Counted from the first letter of the stretch, positions 33,912 through 45,086 are shown. The stretch is 64,000 bases of DNA from a virus (IMGVR_UViG_3300028832_000114:32001-96000), one strand, 5' to 3'. Numbers and translations are program-made. The notes: generated by a model from the sequence alone, not told the origin.

Positions 33912-35012
33912 ATGACTACAACGTATTCAAATATATATTATTTTAACAATATTTGTGCAATAGGAGGAACAGAAACCTTCTTATATCAATTAGCAAAAAA
34001 ATATAAAGATTTAGATTTAACGATTGTTTATCGTGATGCTGATATTACACAATTAAATAGATTAAAACAATACGTAAGATGTATAAAATTTACAGGACAA
34101 AAATTAAAATGTAAAAAAATATTTTTTAATTATCATTTTGATATTATTGATAATGTTGATGCGGAAGAATACATTTTAGTTGTTCATGCAGATTATGCCG
34201 CATTAAAGAAAACAATGCCTAATTTAAAACCACCAATACACAACAAAATTACAAAATATATCGGAGTAAGTAAAAATGCTTGTAAAATGTTTACTCAATT
34301 TACTGGTAAACCATGTGAATTATGTTATAACCCATTTACCTATGAAAAACCTAAAAAACAATTAAAATTAGTAAGTGCAACTAGATTATCAAGAGAAAAA
34401 GGTAAAAATAGAATTATTGCATTAGCAAATTTATTAGATAAAGCAAAAATAGATTATGTATGAACAATTTATACCACAGATAAGAAAGCAATAGAAAACC
34501 CGCACATCATTTATAAAGATCCAGTATTAGATATAGAAAAATACATTGCGGATGCTGATTATCTAGTTCAATTAAGTGATAATGAAGGTTTTTGTTATTC
34601 TGTAGTTGAAGCATTATGTTCAGGAGTTCCTGTTATAGTAACACCATGTCCAGTATTTGAAGAATTTGGATTAAAAGATGGTATTAATTCATATATAGTG
34701 CCTTTTGATATGAAAAATATTGATGTAAAAAAATTCTTAAAAGTACCAAAAAACTTTACTTTCACGCCACCTAAAGATAGTTGGAAAACATTTTTAGATA
34801 ATACTCCAAGTACATATGAAAAAGAAAAAAAAGCTATCTATTTAGTTGAGGCATTACCTATTTATCATGAAGGAAAACCAATCACTGATAGTCAATTAGG
34901 TAGAGTACCTGAAGTTGGAGAACGTTGGGAAGTAAATAAAGAAAGATTAGATATATTGCTTGGTAATAATCCAAGACATCAAGTTTTTGTTAAAGTAATA
35001 AATATGAAGTAG
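33912..35012 (+). CDS. GT-B/GT4-like glycosyltransferase (code 4)
   Basis: IGGTETF, ATRLSREKG, LSDNEGFCYSVVEALCSGVPV; TGA 34461. Confidence 0.85.
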
Positions 35013-35050
35013 TTAATTAAATTAACTACTTTTTTTATTTTACAAAAATA

Positions 35051-35079
35051 TTGCGTTCTAAAAAATTTTTGTGTATAAT
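35051..35079 (+). promoter_or_regulatory. sigma-A-type promoter, following a terminator hairpin at ~35008-35040
   Basis: TTGCGT-17-TATAAT. Confidence 0.55.
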
Positions 35080-35106
35080 GAAAGTAGAGAAAAGTAGGTG
35101 TTGATT

Positions 35107-35616
35107 ATGAAAATACTTAGTTTAGATTTGTCTACTAAAAGTTCAGGATGAGCAATATTTGAAAATGGTATGTTAATGAAATCTGGATGTATTACATCTT
35201 CATCTTTAGATTTAATTAAAAGAATTAAGATAATGACTGCAGGAATCCACGATCTTATAAATGAAAATGGCCCAATTGATAAAATCATTGCTGAAGAAGT
35301 TAGACCAGAAGGGACTGGATATGGTGTTGGAAATCAAAAGACACACAAAGCATTAATGTATCTTCAGGCGGCAATTAATTTTATGTTATATGATGATTTC
35401 GATAAAAAAGAAATGGAACTTATATATCCTAGCTCTTGAAGGGCGGCTATAGGAATTCACACTGGCCGCGGTATTAAAAGAGCTAGTTTAAAAGAAAAAG
35501 ATATTCAATTTGTAAAAGAAAATTATAATCTTGATGTTAATGATGATGAAGCGGATGCTATCTGTATTGGATACTCTTGCTCTCACGATGAAGAAACCGA
35601 TATAAATTGGGAATAA
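35107..35616 (+). CDS. RuvC-like Holliday junction resolvase (code 4)
   Basis: ILSLDLSTKSSG(W)A, IAEE, PSS(W)R, DDEADAICIG. Confidence 0.85.
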
Positions 35617-35689
35617 AAATTTTATTCCTTTACGATACTTTTTATCATAAAAGTATTTTTTTTACTCTACAAGTCAAATTTTAAGCACA

Positions 35690-35730
35690 AAAAAATAGCA
35701 CAGGTATAAAAACCTGTGCTTTTTATTTTT
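35690..35730. terminator. bidirectional terminator where the two arms converge
   Basis: A-run, AGCACAGGT/ACCTGTGCT stem, T-run. Confidence 0.75.
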
Positions 35731-38587
35731 ATAATTTTGTTTGAACTTGAGTTGCTGATATACTCATTGTTCCATTTATATCTAAAGGTATAGATAATGA
35801 ATTCATCATAAAATCTCCATGAATATCAGCTTCATTAGATTGTATCGTAACTCTTGTATTGGGTTCAAGATGATAAATAGGCATTAATGAAATATTAACA
35901 TTTGAATTATATTTTGTATATTCTCATAATAAATTTTTAATTTCATTAAAACAACTATTGTGTAATCCACCGACACTTATACCAGAATAAATATTAGAAC
36001 TTACTTGGCAATAATCTTGATTTCTTCTTTCGCATTCTTCTCTTTTTGCCTCTGCAGAATCTCCGGTTTCAATAATAACAATATCTGGAATTTCAGATTC
36101 AAACACACAGTTTAAATCATTACTACTTTTAGCAAGACTTCTACGACCAATATTATTTACATTTAATTCACTAATTTCTGCGTCACTATCTATAAAATCT
36201 AACCAATAATCGACATTTCAAGGATTAGTTAAAACATCTTCATAAAATGCTCCTGTATAAATAATTTTACCATTACTGTCTGTATAATAATCTGCTTGTA
36301 AATTATATAATTTAGGTCATTCAGCTTCTAATTCAGCATAATAATAATTTGTTTCCAATCCTAATGGGGCAGCAGTAGCTCCTGATAAGTATAATTCAGA
36401 ACGTCAATCTGTAGCTTGAACATTAACCATAGGATGTTCTTTATATCTAACATATTCATTTTGAGAAAATAATAAACTGCTTTTTGTTGTTTCATATGCT
36501 TGCTTAATTGTTTCAATATCATTTTCATATTGCGTAATATGATGATTTTCTATAAGAATATGTTGTTCAATTTCTGCTACTTCCATTTCATAATCTTGTA
36601 AATATTGCTGTCTAATTAATGCTTGTTGTTCTTCATAAGTTTGAATTTGAGTTGCTAATTGTAAATTTGCTAATTCAGTTTCTTGTTCACTAATTTCAGT
36701 AGAAATTTCTTGTACCGTCGCTTGAGCGGTTTCTAAAGCATTAGTATATGCAAGAATTTGAACATTAAGTTCTGCTAATTTTGTTGTATCTGTTTCATTG
36801 TTTATTTGTCCAGATACAACAGTTATATCTTGTGCTTTTTTCATTGCCGCATCTTGTTCTTTTGCAGCTTGTATTCTCAATTCGTTAATCTCATCATCAT
36901 ATTTTTTTTGAGTATCTTTACAAGATTGAATTTTTGTACTAAGACTTTTTACTTGGGTTAAATATTTATTAAATTGTTTATCTAAATCTTCTATTTGTTT
37001 TTTATAATTTGAAATATTTTTATTACATTGATTAATTAAATTTTGTTTAGTTTTTATATCTGTATTATAATTAATTTCCATAATTTTTAATTGATTAGCC
37101 ACTGCTTTATAATGAGTACTACCTGGATTTAATGTTCAAATATATTTTTTAGTAGTAGATAAATCTACATATATCTTGTTAAATTCTCCTAAATTTGGAA
37201 AATTATTTATAGTAGAATATTCTTCATATGTATAACCGTCAATAGAAACATACCTTTGATTTGTTCCATCTCATCTATAAATTGCATTTGTACTAGTGTC
37301 TAAATAAAATGTTTCTTCAGCTCCAATTTCTGGAAATAAAGCTTTTGTTTGATATTTCAATGGACATTTAGCTTTTCTTAATCCATCATTTGGATCGTCA
37401 TAAAAGAAAACCTCATATATTTTACCTATTTCAGGTTTTGTATCAATAGCCAAATGATAACGAATAGGTAATTTTAATCCTGTTGTAGTTTCTCTAATTC
37501 CCCATACTACAAAATCATTTTTAATTTTAGTATATTGTGGACTGTTAGAAAAATTTATAACTAATTTATTATCGCTAAAATCATAAACAGATTTGCCATC
37601 TGTAATATTAATTACATAATCATCATTGTTCATATTGGCCAAATCAACAGTTGCTTGTGTAGTATTTAAATAATTTTTAATTTCTTGAAATACAAAATTT
37701 CCATCGACATCATAAAAATATTCAAAATTACCTAATAAATTTTTAATTTTATCTAAAATAGTGCATACATTATCTCCTGCATTAGCAGTTAAATCTTTAT
37801 TACTTCAAACAAAATCAGTATAAATAAAACCAACATCTTCTCCATAATTAAATTGTTGAATAACCCCACCGGTTTGTTTTGCATTAGCAAAAGATGTTGT
37901 AAGCGTATGAGACTCTCCTTTGCTTGTTAAATAAATTGGATTATCTCCTAATCAACGCATAACCATTTTAATTCTTTCTTCAATATCGTTTATTACAATT
38001 TTTGTTAAATCTTCTTTTCCAAAATGATTAACCAATTCTTTAATAATTGTTGTTAAAGTTGGTTGAATTGTAATCATCTCTCCTGTTAAAGTATCAATTG
38101 TATCATATTTATCAAAAACAACAGATGATGTAATTACTCCTCCACACTCTCCATTTAATAAGCACATTTTATCTTTTAATTGGGCGGAAAGATTAGTTCC
38201 AGAACCAAGATCTGTGTTTACACTACATTGAGTAAAAACAAAAGTTCCTTGTGGATATCATAAAATATCATAATTTGTATATTTATTCGTTCTATTAACA
38301 ATACCAATTTCTACATATACTTTTTTATTAATAGAAATTAAATTTTTTACATCGGTAATTTTACCTGTTGAAACATCTTTAACTGTCATAGATAAACTAC
38401 AGGTTCTACGAATGGCAGAACTACCATTAATTGAAATAGTTCCGCCAGTTGCAATACCTTGAATTTCCTGTAAAGGATTTTCATCTCAATCTAATAATGT
38501 CAATTTAATAAATTGAGTTTGTAATCTTTGTGTGTCTGCCAGATATAAAAAACTAGTATCTTTTAAATAAGGATAATCTCTTTTCAT
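35729..38587 (-). CDS. virion tail/baseplate-region protein (DUF5048-like) with an internal coiled coil, ~952 aa (code 4)
   Basis: ORF fragments 37952, 37271, 36404 and 35924 share one frame. Starts MKRDYPYLKD...LD(W)DENP; contains DKMCLLNG. Confidence 0.7.
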
Positions 38588-38588
38588 A

Positions 38589-40943
38589 TTATTCCTCCAT
38601 ATAAGGAATAGATATTATATCATATTCTCCTGTAAGTTTATTTCATACATATAAATTTTCATTATCTGTATATAAACGATTAACTACTCCATTTAAATCT
38701 ATATAATTTGGATTTGATGCATCTCATAATGGAACAGAAATAAGTTTATATTTTTGTTCATCTTCTATTCATACATAAATATCTTTATTATAAATATATA
38801 AAACTTTTTCTTTGCCAGGTGAAGGAAATTCACTTTCATTATTAATAAATACAACTCTTCTAATTGGTGTTAATGTATTATCTCCATCATCTTCAAGAAC
38901 TTTATCATCATAAACTCTAGTAAATATATTATATTTTTCATAATTATCAAGATTACATTCATCAATTTCATATGCAGTAGCAGAAAAACTCCATAACCTA
39001 CGACCAAGTGTTTGATTTGGTTGATAATTAACATCCATTAATTTAATTAAAATATTTCCTTCTGTTGGACTGCGAAATAATTTAACATCATCCGCCTCTA
39101 AGAAATCTTTAACTTTATCTCTAAAGAATTTTTCTCATACCATATCCTGATAATCGCTAACATAATTTTCAATATTGTATTGATTATAATTATCTACATA
39201 ATCTTTATAAGCCTCTTCTTTAGTAAGAAATAAACCATCTTCATCCATTGCTGAAGATATCATTCCACCAATAGGAAATTGAACATAACTCATATATCCA
39301 TTTCGTTTTACATATGGATATTTACTTCCAATTGTATCAACTTTTGTTTCACTAATGGTACGTTTAAATGAAGATATATTTGGATTAAATTTTAATTTTA
39401 ATTGTTTATCTTTACAAGTCAAAAACATATGTTCAAAATTTATCATAATAGGTTCTTTAAACATATCCATTGGAGCTCTAGCACCCCTAGCATCGACAGC
39501 TTGTATTCCATATAAATAAAATACACCACTTTCTATTGTATAATCATATCATACAAAATCTATATATGGTGCATGATCAAATGTTGAAATATACATATCT
39601 TCTCATTTTGCAAAGTTATCTTGCGCAGTTGCTCTTCTAATAATAATTTTACCAGTAAATTTACCATGAGATCTAGATCTATTAATATGCATACCAATAC
39701 GACCATTTTCTTCATCTTTATATGCTATAATTTGTAAATTTAAGTCTGGTACTTCCGCAGAAGAAACTGTAAATTCATATTTATGAGTTTCTGTATATAA
39801 ATTTTGAGTTACATAAGTTAATGTAAAATAATATTCATGATCTGCTCTGAATCAATAATTCATTTCATAATTAAAATTATTAATATCAGTAAATTCATTA
39901 GCATAAATATCGCCACTATCTAATAATAATTTATCTTCTCCATCTTGCGCTGGCTCATAAGCTTTAATTCTATAATTTCTTAAAGTTTCAGTTTCATTTC
40001 TACTAGCAAAAGTAATTTCACCAATTACTTTTGTATTTATAATTGTATCTCAAATATCTGTCGCAGAAGACTCGTCAAAATCTTGCAAAGTAATTGTTGG
40101 AACAGAAATTCCTCGTACTAAACATACTGTAGATCATTCACTAAAATATTGTAAATTTCTACTTAACCAGCCATCAATTGCTTGCACAGCATCCCCATCA
40201 TTTAAATCAATACCTGAACTTGGTGCATTACTAGATGTAAATCTAATTTGCACTTTATAATATTGATCAATAGTAAAATTACATCCATTTAAATCTTCTG
40301 GCTTAATATCAATAAAATATTTATCCCTAGCTCCCGCAGCTTCCTTTGCAGGATCTAGTTGAACTGATTTTAACATTATATCACAAGGATATTTAATTTT
40401 ATGTAAAACAGATTTATTTGTTAATTGACTTCTTACAGTAACTTGTGCATTAGCAATTTCTGAGATAGAATTAAATTGAGATAAAGAAAAATATACTCTA
40501 CAAATAAATCTTCTATCTGTTGTTGGACTAGTTGTTGTTTTTACATTTGTCGTAACAGAACTAACAACAATAGTTGGTTCTGGTTCAAAAAACACATTTT
40601 CCGTAACATTTGCAGTAGATGAACCAGATATTAAATCCATTAAATAAACCTGATAAGTTTTTCTTAATTGTAACTCTAAATCAATACGAGTTGGATCTGT
40701 TGGATCTGGATATTGTGCTGCAATACTTGCAAGAGCAGCATCATATTGATTTTTTAAATCAGATACACCATTAATACTTGAATTAGTAATATATTCATCA
40801 TATGCATTATTATAAGCATCTAAAGCTGCATAAGAAGTTTTAATATAAGTTTTTGGTATAGTTTTTACAGATACGCTTTTAATTAAAAAAGCTGGCATGT
40901 ACGTATCCACAATAGGTGGGTATAAATTATTCGTTACAGCCAT
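38589..40943 (-). CDS. virion structural protein of the tail region (code 4)
   Basis: Fragments 40134, 39135 and 38769 share one frame; LYPPIVDTYMPAF, LFRSPTEGNI. Confidence 0.7.
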
Positions 40944-41018
40944 ATCTCTCATCTCCTTTTATCTCTGCGGAAATAGTAGATCTAATAATTCCTAGACCGG
41001 GCTCCCGCAATCTATATT

Positions 41019-41513
41019 TTATTCTCTATTTTCGTTCTTTAAACAAATTCCACTTTTTTTAGGTAAAGCGCGGATTTCTTCCATAAGCTCATCAATAAAA
41101 CTATTGCCGCCTTCATCTTTATAATGACTATATCTTTTTTCAATACAATCTAAACTATAATCATCTATATATCCAACTTGATAGCAAAAATAATGATGTT
41201 TTTCAGTTATCCAAGCTTTAATATCATCTCTATCTGACGCTTCTAATAAACTTACAGATTTTTGAATATCTGCTATTGTATTTTTAATTTGTATTTGACA
41301 ACCTTCAATTTCATTCTTCATACTTTTTTGTTCTTGAGTTAAATCATCAATACTTTTTTTCATAGCCTCTTGTTCATTAAGTTTACCAGCATGTTTATTA
41401 ATTTTATCTTTAGCTCAGTCAATTCATGTAATTACACCTTTTACTGCAGCACTTAATAAAACGATAAACATAACGATTTCATCAACAGAGTATGTATTTA
41501 GCAAATCTTTCAT
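41019..41513 (-). CDS. holin-like membrane protein (N-terminal TM, coiled coil, GGN motif; code 4)
   Basis: MKDLLNTYSVDEIVMFIVLLSAAVKGVIT(W)ID(W)...YKDEGGNSFI; RBS AAAGGAG. Confidence 0.55.
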
Positions 41514-41556
41514 ATTATCGTCTCCTTTTCTTCCAAAGATACTTCTTTTACTATTG

Positions 41557-41598
41557 TATATTAAAAACTGTTTAAGGGAATGATTTATTTTAGGCCAA
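41557..41598 (-). promoter_or_regulatory. candidate late-promoter motif
   Basis: TTGGCCTAAAAT-N20-TTTTAATATA; spacing shared with 44107, 53684 and 59855. Confidence 0.45.
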
Positions 41599-41626
41599 AA
41601 TAAAAAAGAAAGCAGAGTATCCAACT

Positions 41627-42070
41627 CTACTTTCTAGGTATTTTCATAAAATAACAATAAACTTTTTCATCAATAGCATCTGGATCTATAATAAAATCTT
41701 TACTAAATTTAGCATACCATTCTATATTTTCTTCAAATAAATCATGATAATCATTATATGCAGAATTCATTACAATCCAAAAATCAACAGGTCTAATATC
41801 TGAATAACCATAATTACCTCTAACTCCTTCGGTATCGGTTAAAGTTCATTTCATTCCATAAGGTTTCATATCTTCAATTATTTCTTTAGCCATATCTTCA
41901 TTTAATACTTTACCTTCTGCTATTTCATATAGTTTTTGTTCTACTTTTTCTAACTCTCTATCGCCAACCATATCAATGATATACTCCATATATTCAGACA
42001 TTTCTTCAATTTTATCTGTATCACCAGAGCTTAAGATTTTTGTTATATATTTTTTATAATCCATTTCCAA
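41627..42070 (-). CDS. hypothetical protein, last gene of the six-gene cassette (code 4)
   Basis: ...MKPYGMK(W)TL...DFWIVMNSAYNDY...DFIIDPDA..KVYCYF. Confidence 0.75.
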
Positions 42071-42254
42071 TTTTTTCCACCTTTCTTAATATTTCATTTA
42101 ACAATCTATTTTGATATTCTAATTTATGTTCCATATCAAAAATAATTGTATCAAGTTTTCTACTTTGAGATTCGTTTTCTTCATAAGAATGAAGAGAAAT
42201 ATAAGATAAAAGCACAGTTAATAAATCTAGTGCATCAAGATTACGATCATTCAT
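42054..42254 (-). CDS. hypothetical small coiled-coil protein (cassette)
   Basis: ORF track; overlaps both neighbours. Confidence 0.7.
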   Translation of the reverse strand: MNDRNLDALDLLTVLLSYISLHSYEENESQSRKLDTIIFDMEHKLEYQNRLLNEILRKVEKIGNGL

Positions 42255-42607
42255 TAAATACTCCCAACTGTAATTGTTTCACTTTTTGGATTTACACAAG
42301 AAGTGATAACAAATTGTCCATCTTCATAATTATCATTCCCATTACCATACATAATAGGATATCTTACTCTAGTATTTAATTGATTTGCATATATTGTATT
42401 TCCTGCTTTACATAAAACAGGTATATTTCCTATCTCAGTTTGAATAAATACAGGTAAGTTGGCAGTTGCGGCAGCATTATTACAAATAATTAAACCATAA
42501 GTTTCTGTATTTACTAAATTTTTAACTGTTCTATTTGGGATTAAAATAACCTCTTCATCGGTAGTTTCAACAGTTGAACAATACATTGTTTGACAGCTAT
42601 AATTCAT
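42254..42607 (-). CDS. hypothetical beta-rich Cys-containing protein (cassette)
   Basis: Start MNYSCQ follows RBS AAAGGAG; the upstream extension in the ORF track overlaps a hairpin. Confidence 0.7.
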   Translation of the reverse strand: MNYSCQTMYCSTVETTDEEVILIPNRTVKNLVNTETYGLIICNNAAATANLPVFIQTEIGNIPVLCKAGNTIYANQLNTRVRYPIMYGNGNDNYEDGQFVITSCVNPKSETITVGSI

Positions 42608-42626
42608 TTCAATCTCCTTTCTAAAT

Positions 42627-42655
42627 AAAAAATGCGGAAGCACCTAGCCTCCGCA
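42627..42655 (-). terminator. internal terminator-like hairpin in the cassette
   Basis: TGCGGAGGC/GCTTCCGCA stem followed by a U-run on the minus strand. Confidence 0.55.
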
Positions 42656-42687
42656 CGTCAACTTGCAAAAGCAAGGATTAAGTTAAA

Positions 42688-43257
42688 CTAATATAAAGAA
42701 TTGCATCCACAACCAGTGTAGCAAGGTGGATTTAAAACATATCTACCTTGTAAATTTAAAATTGTGTCTGTTGAATTTTGTACAGCTGCAGTTAAAGCGG
42801 CAGTTTGATTTGCATTAGATAATGCATCTCTAGTAGTTTGAAGTTTATCACTTAATTCTCTGATATAATTATCTTGAATCATTTGTCTTGTAGCATTATT
42901 TTCAGTAGTAACTAAATTACCAATTGCGGCAATACTATTACTAATTTGTTGTTGAATATCTTTCATAGAAACTAAATTATTATAGTTACTAGTTAAAACA
43001 GTATCAGTTAATGCACATTGACCATTAGCTAAACCTCTAATAGCAGCGTCTTGTGATTGGAAATATAAGCTATTTTGAAGGTCGCTTTGTCCTAAAGCTG
43101 TAGCTCCATTATTCCAGAATCCACCATTTCCGCCAAATAATAAAATGAAAATAATGATTAATGAGAAAATACCCATTGAACCACCAAATAATCCATCATT
43201 ACCGTCTCTTGTTAATGCTAATACATCAGCAGCTGACATTCCAGTATTATCGTTCAT
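42688..43257 (-). CDS. Gly-rich single-TM coiled-coil protein with a Cys-rich tail (cassette)
   Basis: MSAADVLAL...IFSLIIIFILLFGGNGGF...CYTGCGC. Confidence 0.75.
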   Translation of the reverse strand: MNDNTGMSAADVLALTRDGNDGLFGGSMGIFSLIIIFILLFGGNGGFWNNGATALGQSDLQNSLYFQSQDAAIRGLANGQCALTDTVLTSNYNNLVSMKDIQQQISNSIAAIGNLVTTENNATRQMIQDNYIRELSDKLQTTRDALSNANQTAALTAAVQNSTDTILNLQGRYVLNPPCYTGCGCNSLY

Positions 43258-43314
43258 TCTCTTTCCTCCCTTTCCTAAAAATATATTTTTTATAATAAAA
43301 AGCTAGTCACGTGC

Positions 43315-43539
43315 CTATCTTTTATTACCATTAATTAAATTAATCATTTGCATAAATTGTTCTTTTGTAATCCCTTTTTCATTACACATTTTTGCAATAC
43401 TTTCCGCCTGTTTTTCAGTGGGTTGACTACTTAGCGTATTAAAAAGTTGTAACTGTTGTGGATTTAGTAGACTTGTTAGGGCTTGTTGTGGTTGACTTGA
43501 CATCAACATTTGTGACAACAGGTTCTGTATGTTTATCAT
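43315..43539 (-). CDS. Gln/Met-rich small protein (cassette)
   Basis: ORF track; RBS GGAGGAGAG. Confidence 0.7.
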   Translation of the reverse strand: MINIQNLLSQMLMSSQPQQALTSLLNPQQLQLFNTLSSQPTEKQAESIAKMCNEKGITKEQFMQMINLINGNKR

Positions 43540-43897
43540 TCAATCTCTCCTCCAATTCTTTTAATTTATTTTCTAATTCATCAATTTTTATATCTTTTGC
43601 ATCTTTAGGAATTATAATTTCATAATTCTTAGAAATTGTTCCATCTAATTCTTTAACACATATTCTATGATTTGTTTCGTCGATAAATAATGTTTTTTTA
43701 GTTATAATAACATTCTTTATATCCTCTTCTGGTTTTAAATATCTTACTTCAGTATCAGAGGAATTAGATGTATTAATAATATTTTGAATTGGAGTGGTTT
43801 GATTAGCCATACCTTGATATTGATTTATCATATTTTCAATATTTTCTTTTTGTCTATAAAGTTGTGTCATCATACCACCATAATTATTATAAGGCAT
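43439..43897 (-). CDS. hypothetical protein, first gene of the cassette
   Basis: MPYNNYGG...VKELDGTI; C-terminal coiled coil. Confidence 0.75.
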   Translation of the reverse strand: MPYNNYGGMMTQLYRQKENIENMINQYQGMANQTTPIQNIINTSNSSDTEVRYLKPEEDIKNVIITKKTLFIDETNHRICVKELDGTISKNYEIIIPKDAKDIKIDELENKLKELEERLNDKHTEPVVTNVDVKSTTTSPNKSTKSTTVTTF

Positions 43898-43920
43898 TCT
43901 ATCCCTTCCTTTCTTTAATA

Positions 43921-43972
43921 CAACAAAAAAAGCCGCGCAATAGGAAACGAATTATCTCCTATTACGCGGCTT
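43921..43972 (-). terminator. 16-bp terminator hairpin in the 5' leader of the cassette (attenuator candidate)
   Basis: AAGCCGCGTAATAGGA/TCCTATTGCGCGGCTT followed by a U-run; lies between the candidate promoter and the first gene. Confidence 0.75.
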
Positions 43973-44005
43973 AAAATGTCGTAATAATAATTTCATTCAA
44001 TCCAT
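43952..44005 (-). CDS. putative leader peptide MD(W)MKLLLRHFKPRNRR (alternative start 43996)
   Basis: Preceded by AAAAGGAA; its TAA stop lies in the terminator loop. Confidence 0.4.
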
Positions 44006-44067
44006 TTCCTTTTTATAATTCTAGTAAAGATGGCATACAATAACATTGTATCTTCATCCTTACATAT

Positions 44068-44110
44068 ATATTTAATTTTTATCTCAAATCAATTATACTC
44101 TTTGTCCCAA
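44068..44110 (-). promoter_or_regulatory. candidate late-promoter motif upstream of the cassette leader
   Basis: GGACAAAGAG-N20-AATTAAATAT. Confidence 0.45.
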
Positions 44111-44124
44111 AAATTTTTTCAATC

Positions 44125-45072
44125 TTATCTTCAACGACCTATTGCTAACCAACAAAATCTTAATGGCGAACCATATAATGCTGTTTGCCCTGCATCTGCA
44201 GGAGGTAAATAAGAATACCTTCTATAAAAACAACAATTTGTATTGTTGTTAGGTGTTGGAATAATATTTGTCGCTAAAATATTTGCCTGGCCAACTGAAG
44301 ATGCACTAATATATGCTGGATTAGAAATAACTGTAACATAAGAATTAGTACAAAAAGGTTCAGGATATGTAACTGTTAAATAGCTATCAGGAACAGCCTG
44401 CCCACCACTAGAGAACGTTGCTATTCCTCCCTCAAGCATTAAACCGCCATCAAATTTTATCCAGTAAGTATAATTAGATCCTCCATCTACTACTTTTAAT
44501 CCACTGGTATATCCTAATGCTTTTCCAGGTTTATAAGTAGTCGCCTCTCTAACTTCAAATTGTACATTATAATTATTTTTAAATCATTCTCAAGTCTTAT
44601 CTGAGTCAAGAACATAAAATTCAATAGCAATGTATTTCATTGTACCTGTTGCACCAGTTGGTTTTAAATTAATTTTAGATTGACTAATAGCAAGGGTGCT
44701 TGATGTTTGAGATGCTTTTAAATAAGCACTTGTTCTTGCCATTGCTTGTCCATTTTCATTAAATCCAACAATATAATATGAACAAACTCCTATTGGTAAC
44801 CCAGAAAAATAATAAGTTCCATTAACTGTTCAATCAACTGGAATTAAATTTGAACATAACGCAGATGAAGAAGGAGAACCTACTAAAGTATCTGAATTAT
44901 ATCCCCAATAATATCAACCTGTAATTAAATTTTTAGTATGAATTTCATCTATATATATGGGAGCTGTAATTGGTCTTCTTCCAATTAAATAACTTTTTAA
45001 CATGTAATGTCCATGTGCAATTCCATCACTATCTAAAAACATTGAATCATTAAATTTAAAAGCTTTTGACAT
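44125..45072 (-). CDS. tail fibre/receptor-binding-type protein with a gp53-like C-terminal domain (code 4)
   Basis: YWIKFDGGLMLEGG...VTYPEPF...CWLAIGR(W)R; several TGA. Confidence 0.65.
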
Positions 45073-45086
45073 AATTTAACCTCCTT

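Noticed and set aside
1368-35288. Short minus-strand ORFs in the plus arm (e.g. 1368, 5394, 7145, 7777, 14769, 15602, 21471, 29147)
   Set aside because: They are antisense shadows of well-supported genes and have no recognisable motifs.
43921-44070. tRNA or known riboswitch in the cassette leader
   Set aside because: No cloverleaf, T-box or recognisable aptamer consensus was seen by eye. An Infernal/Rfam search would be needed to exclude it fully.
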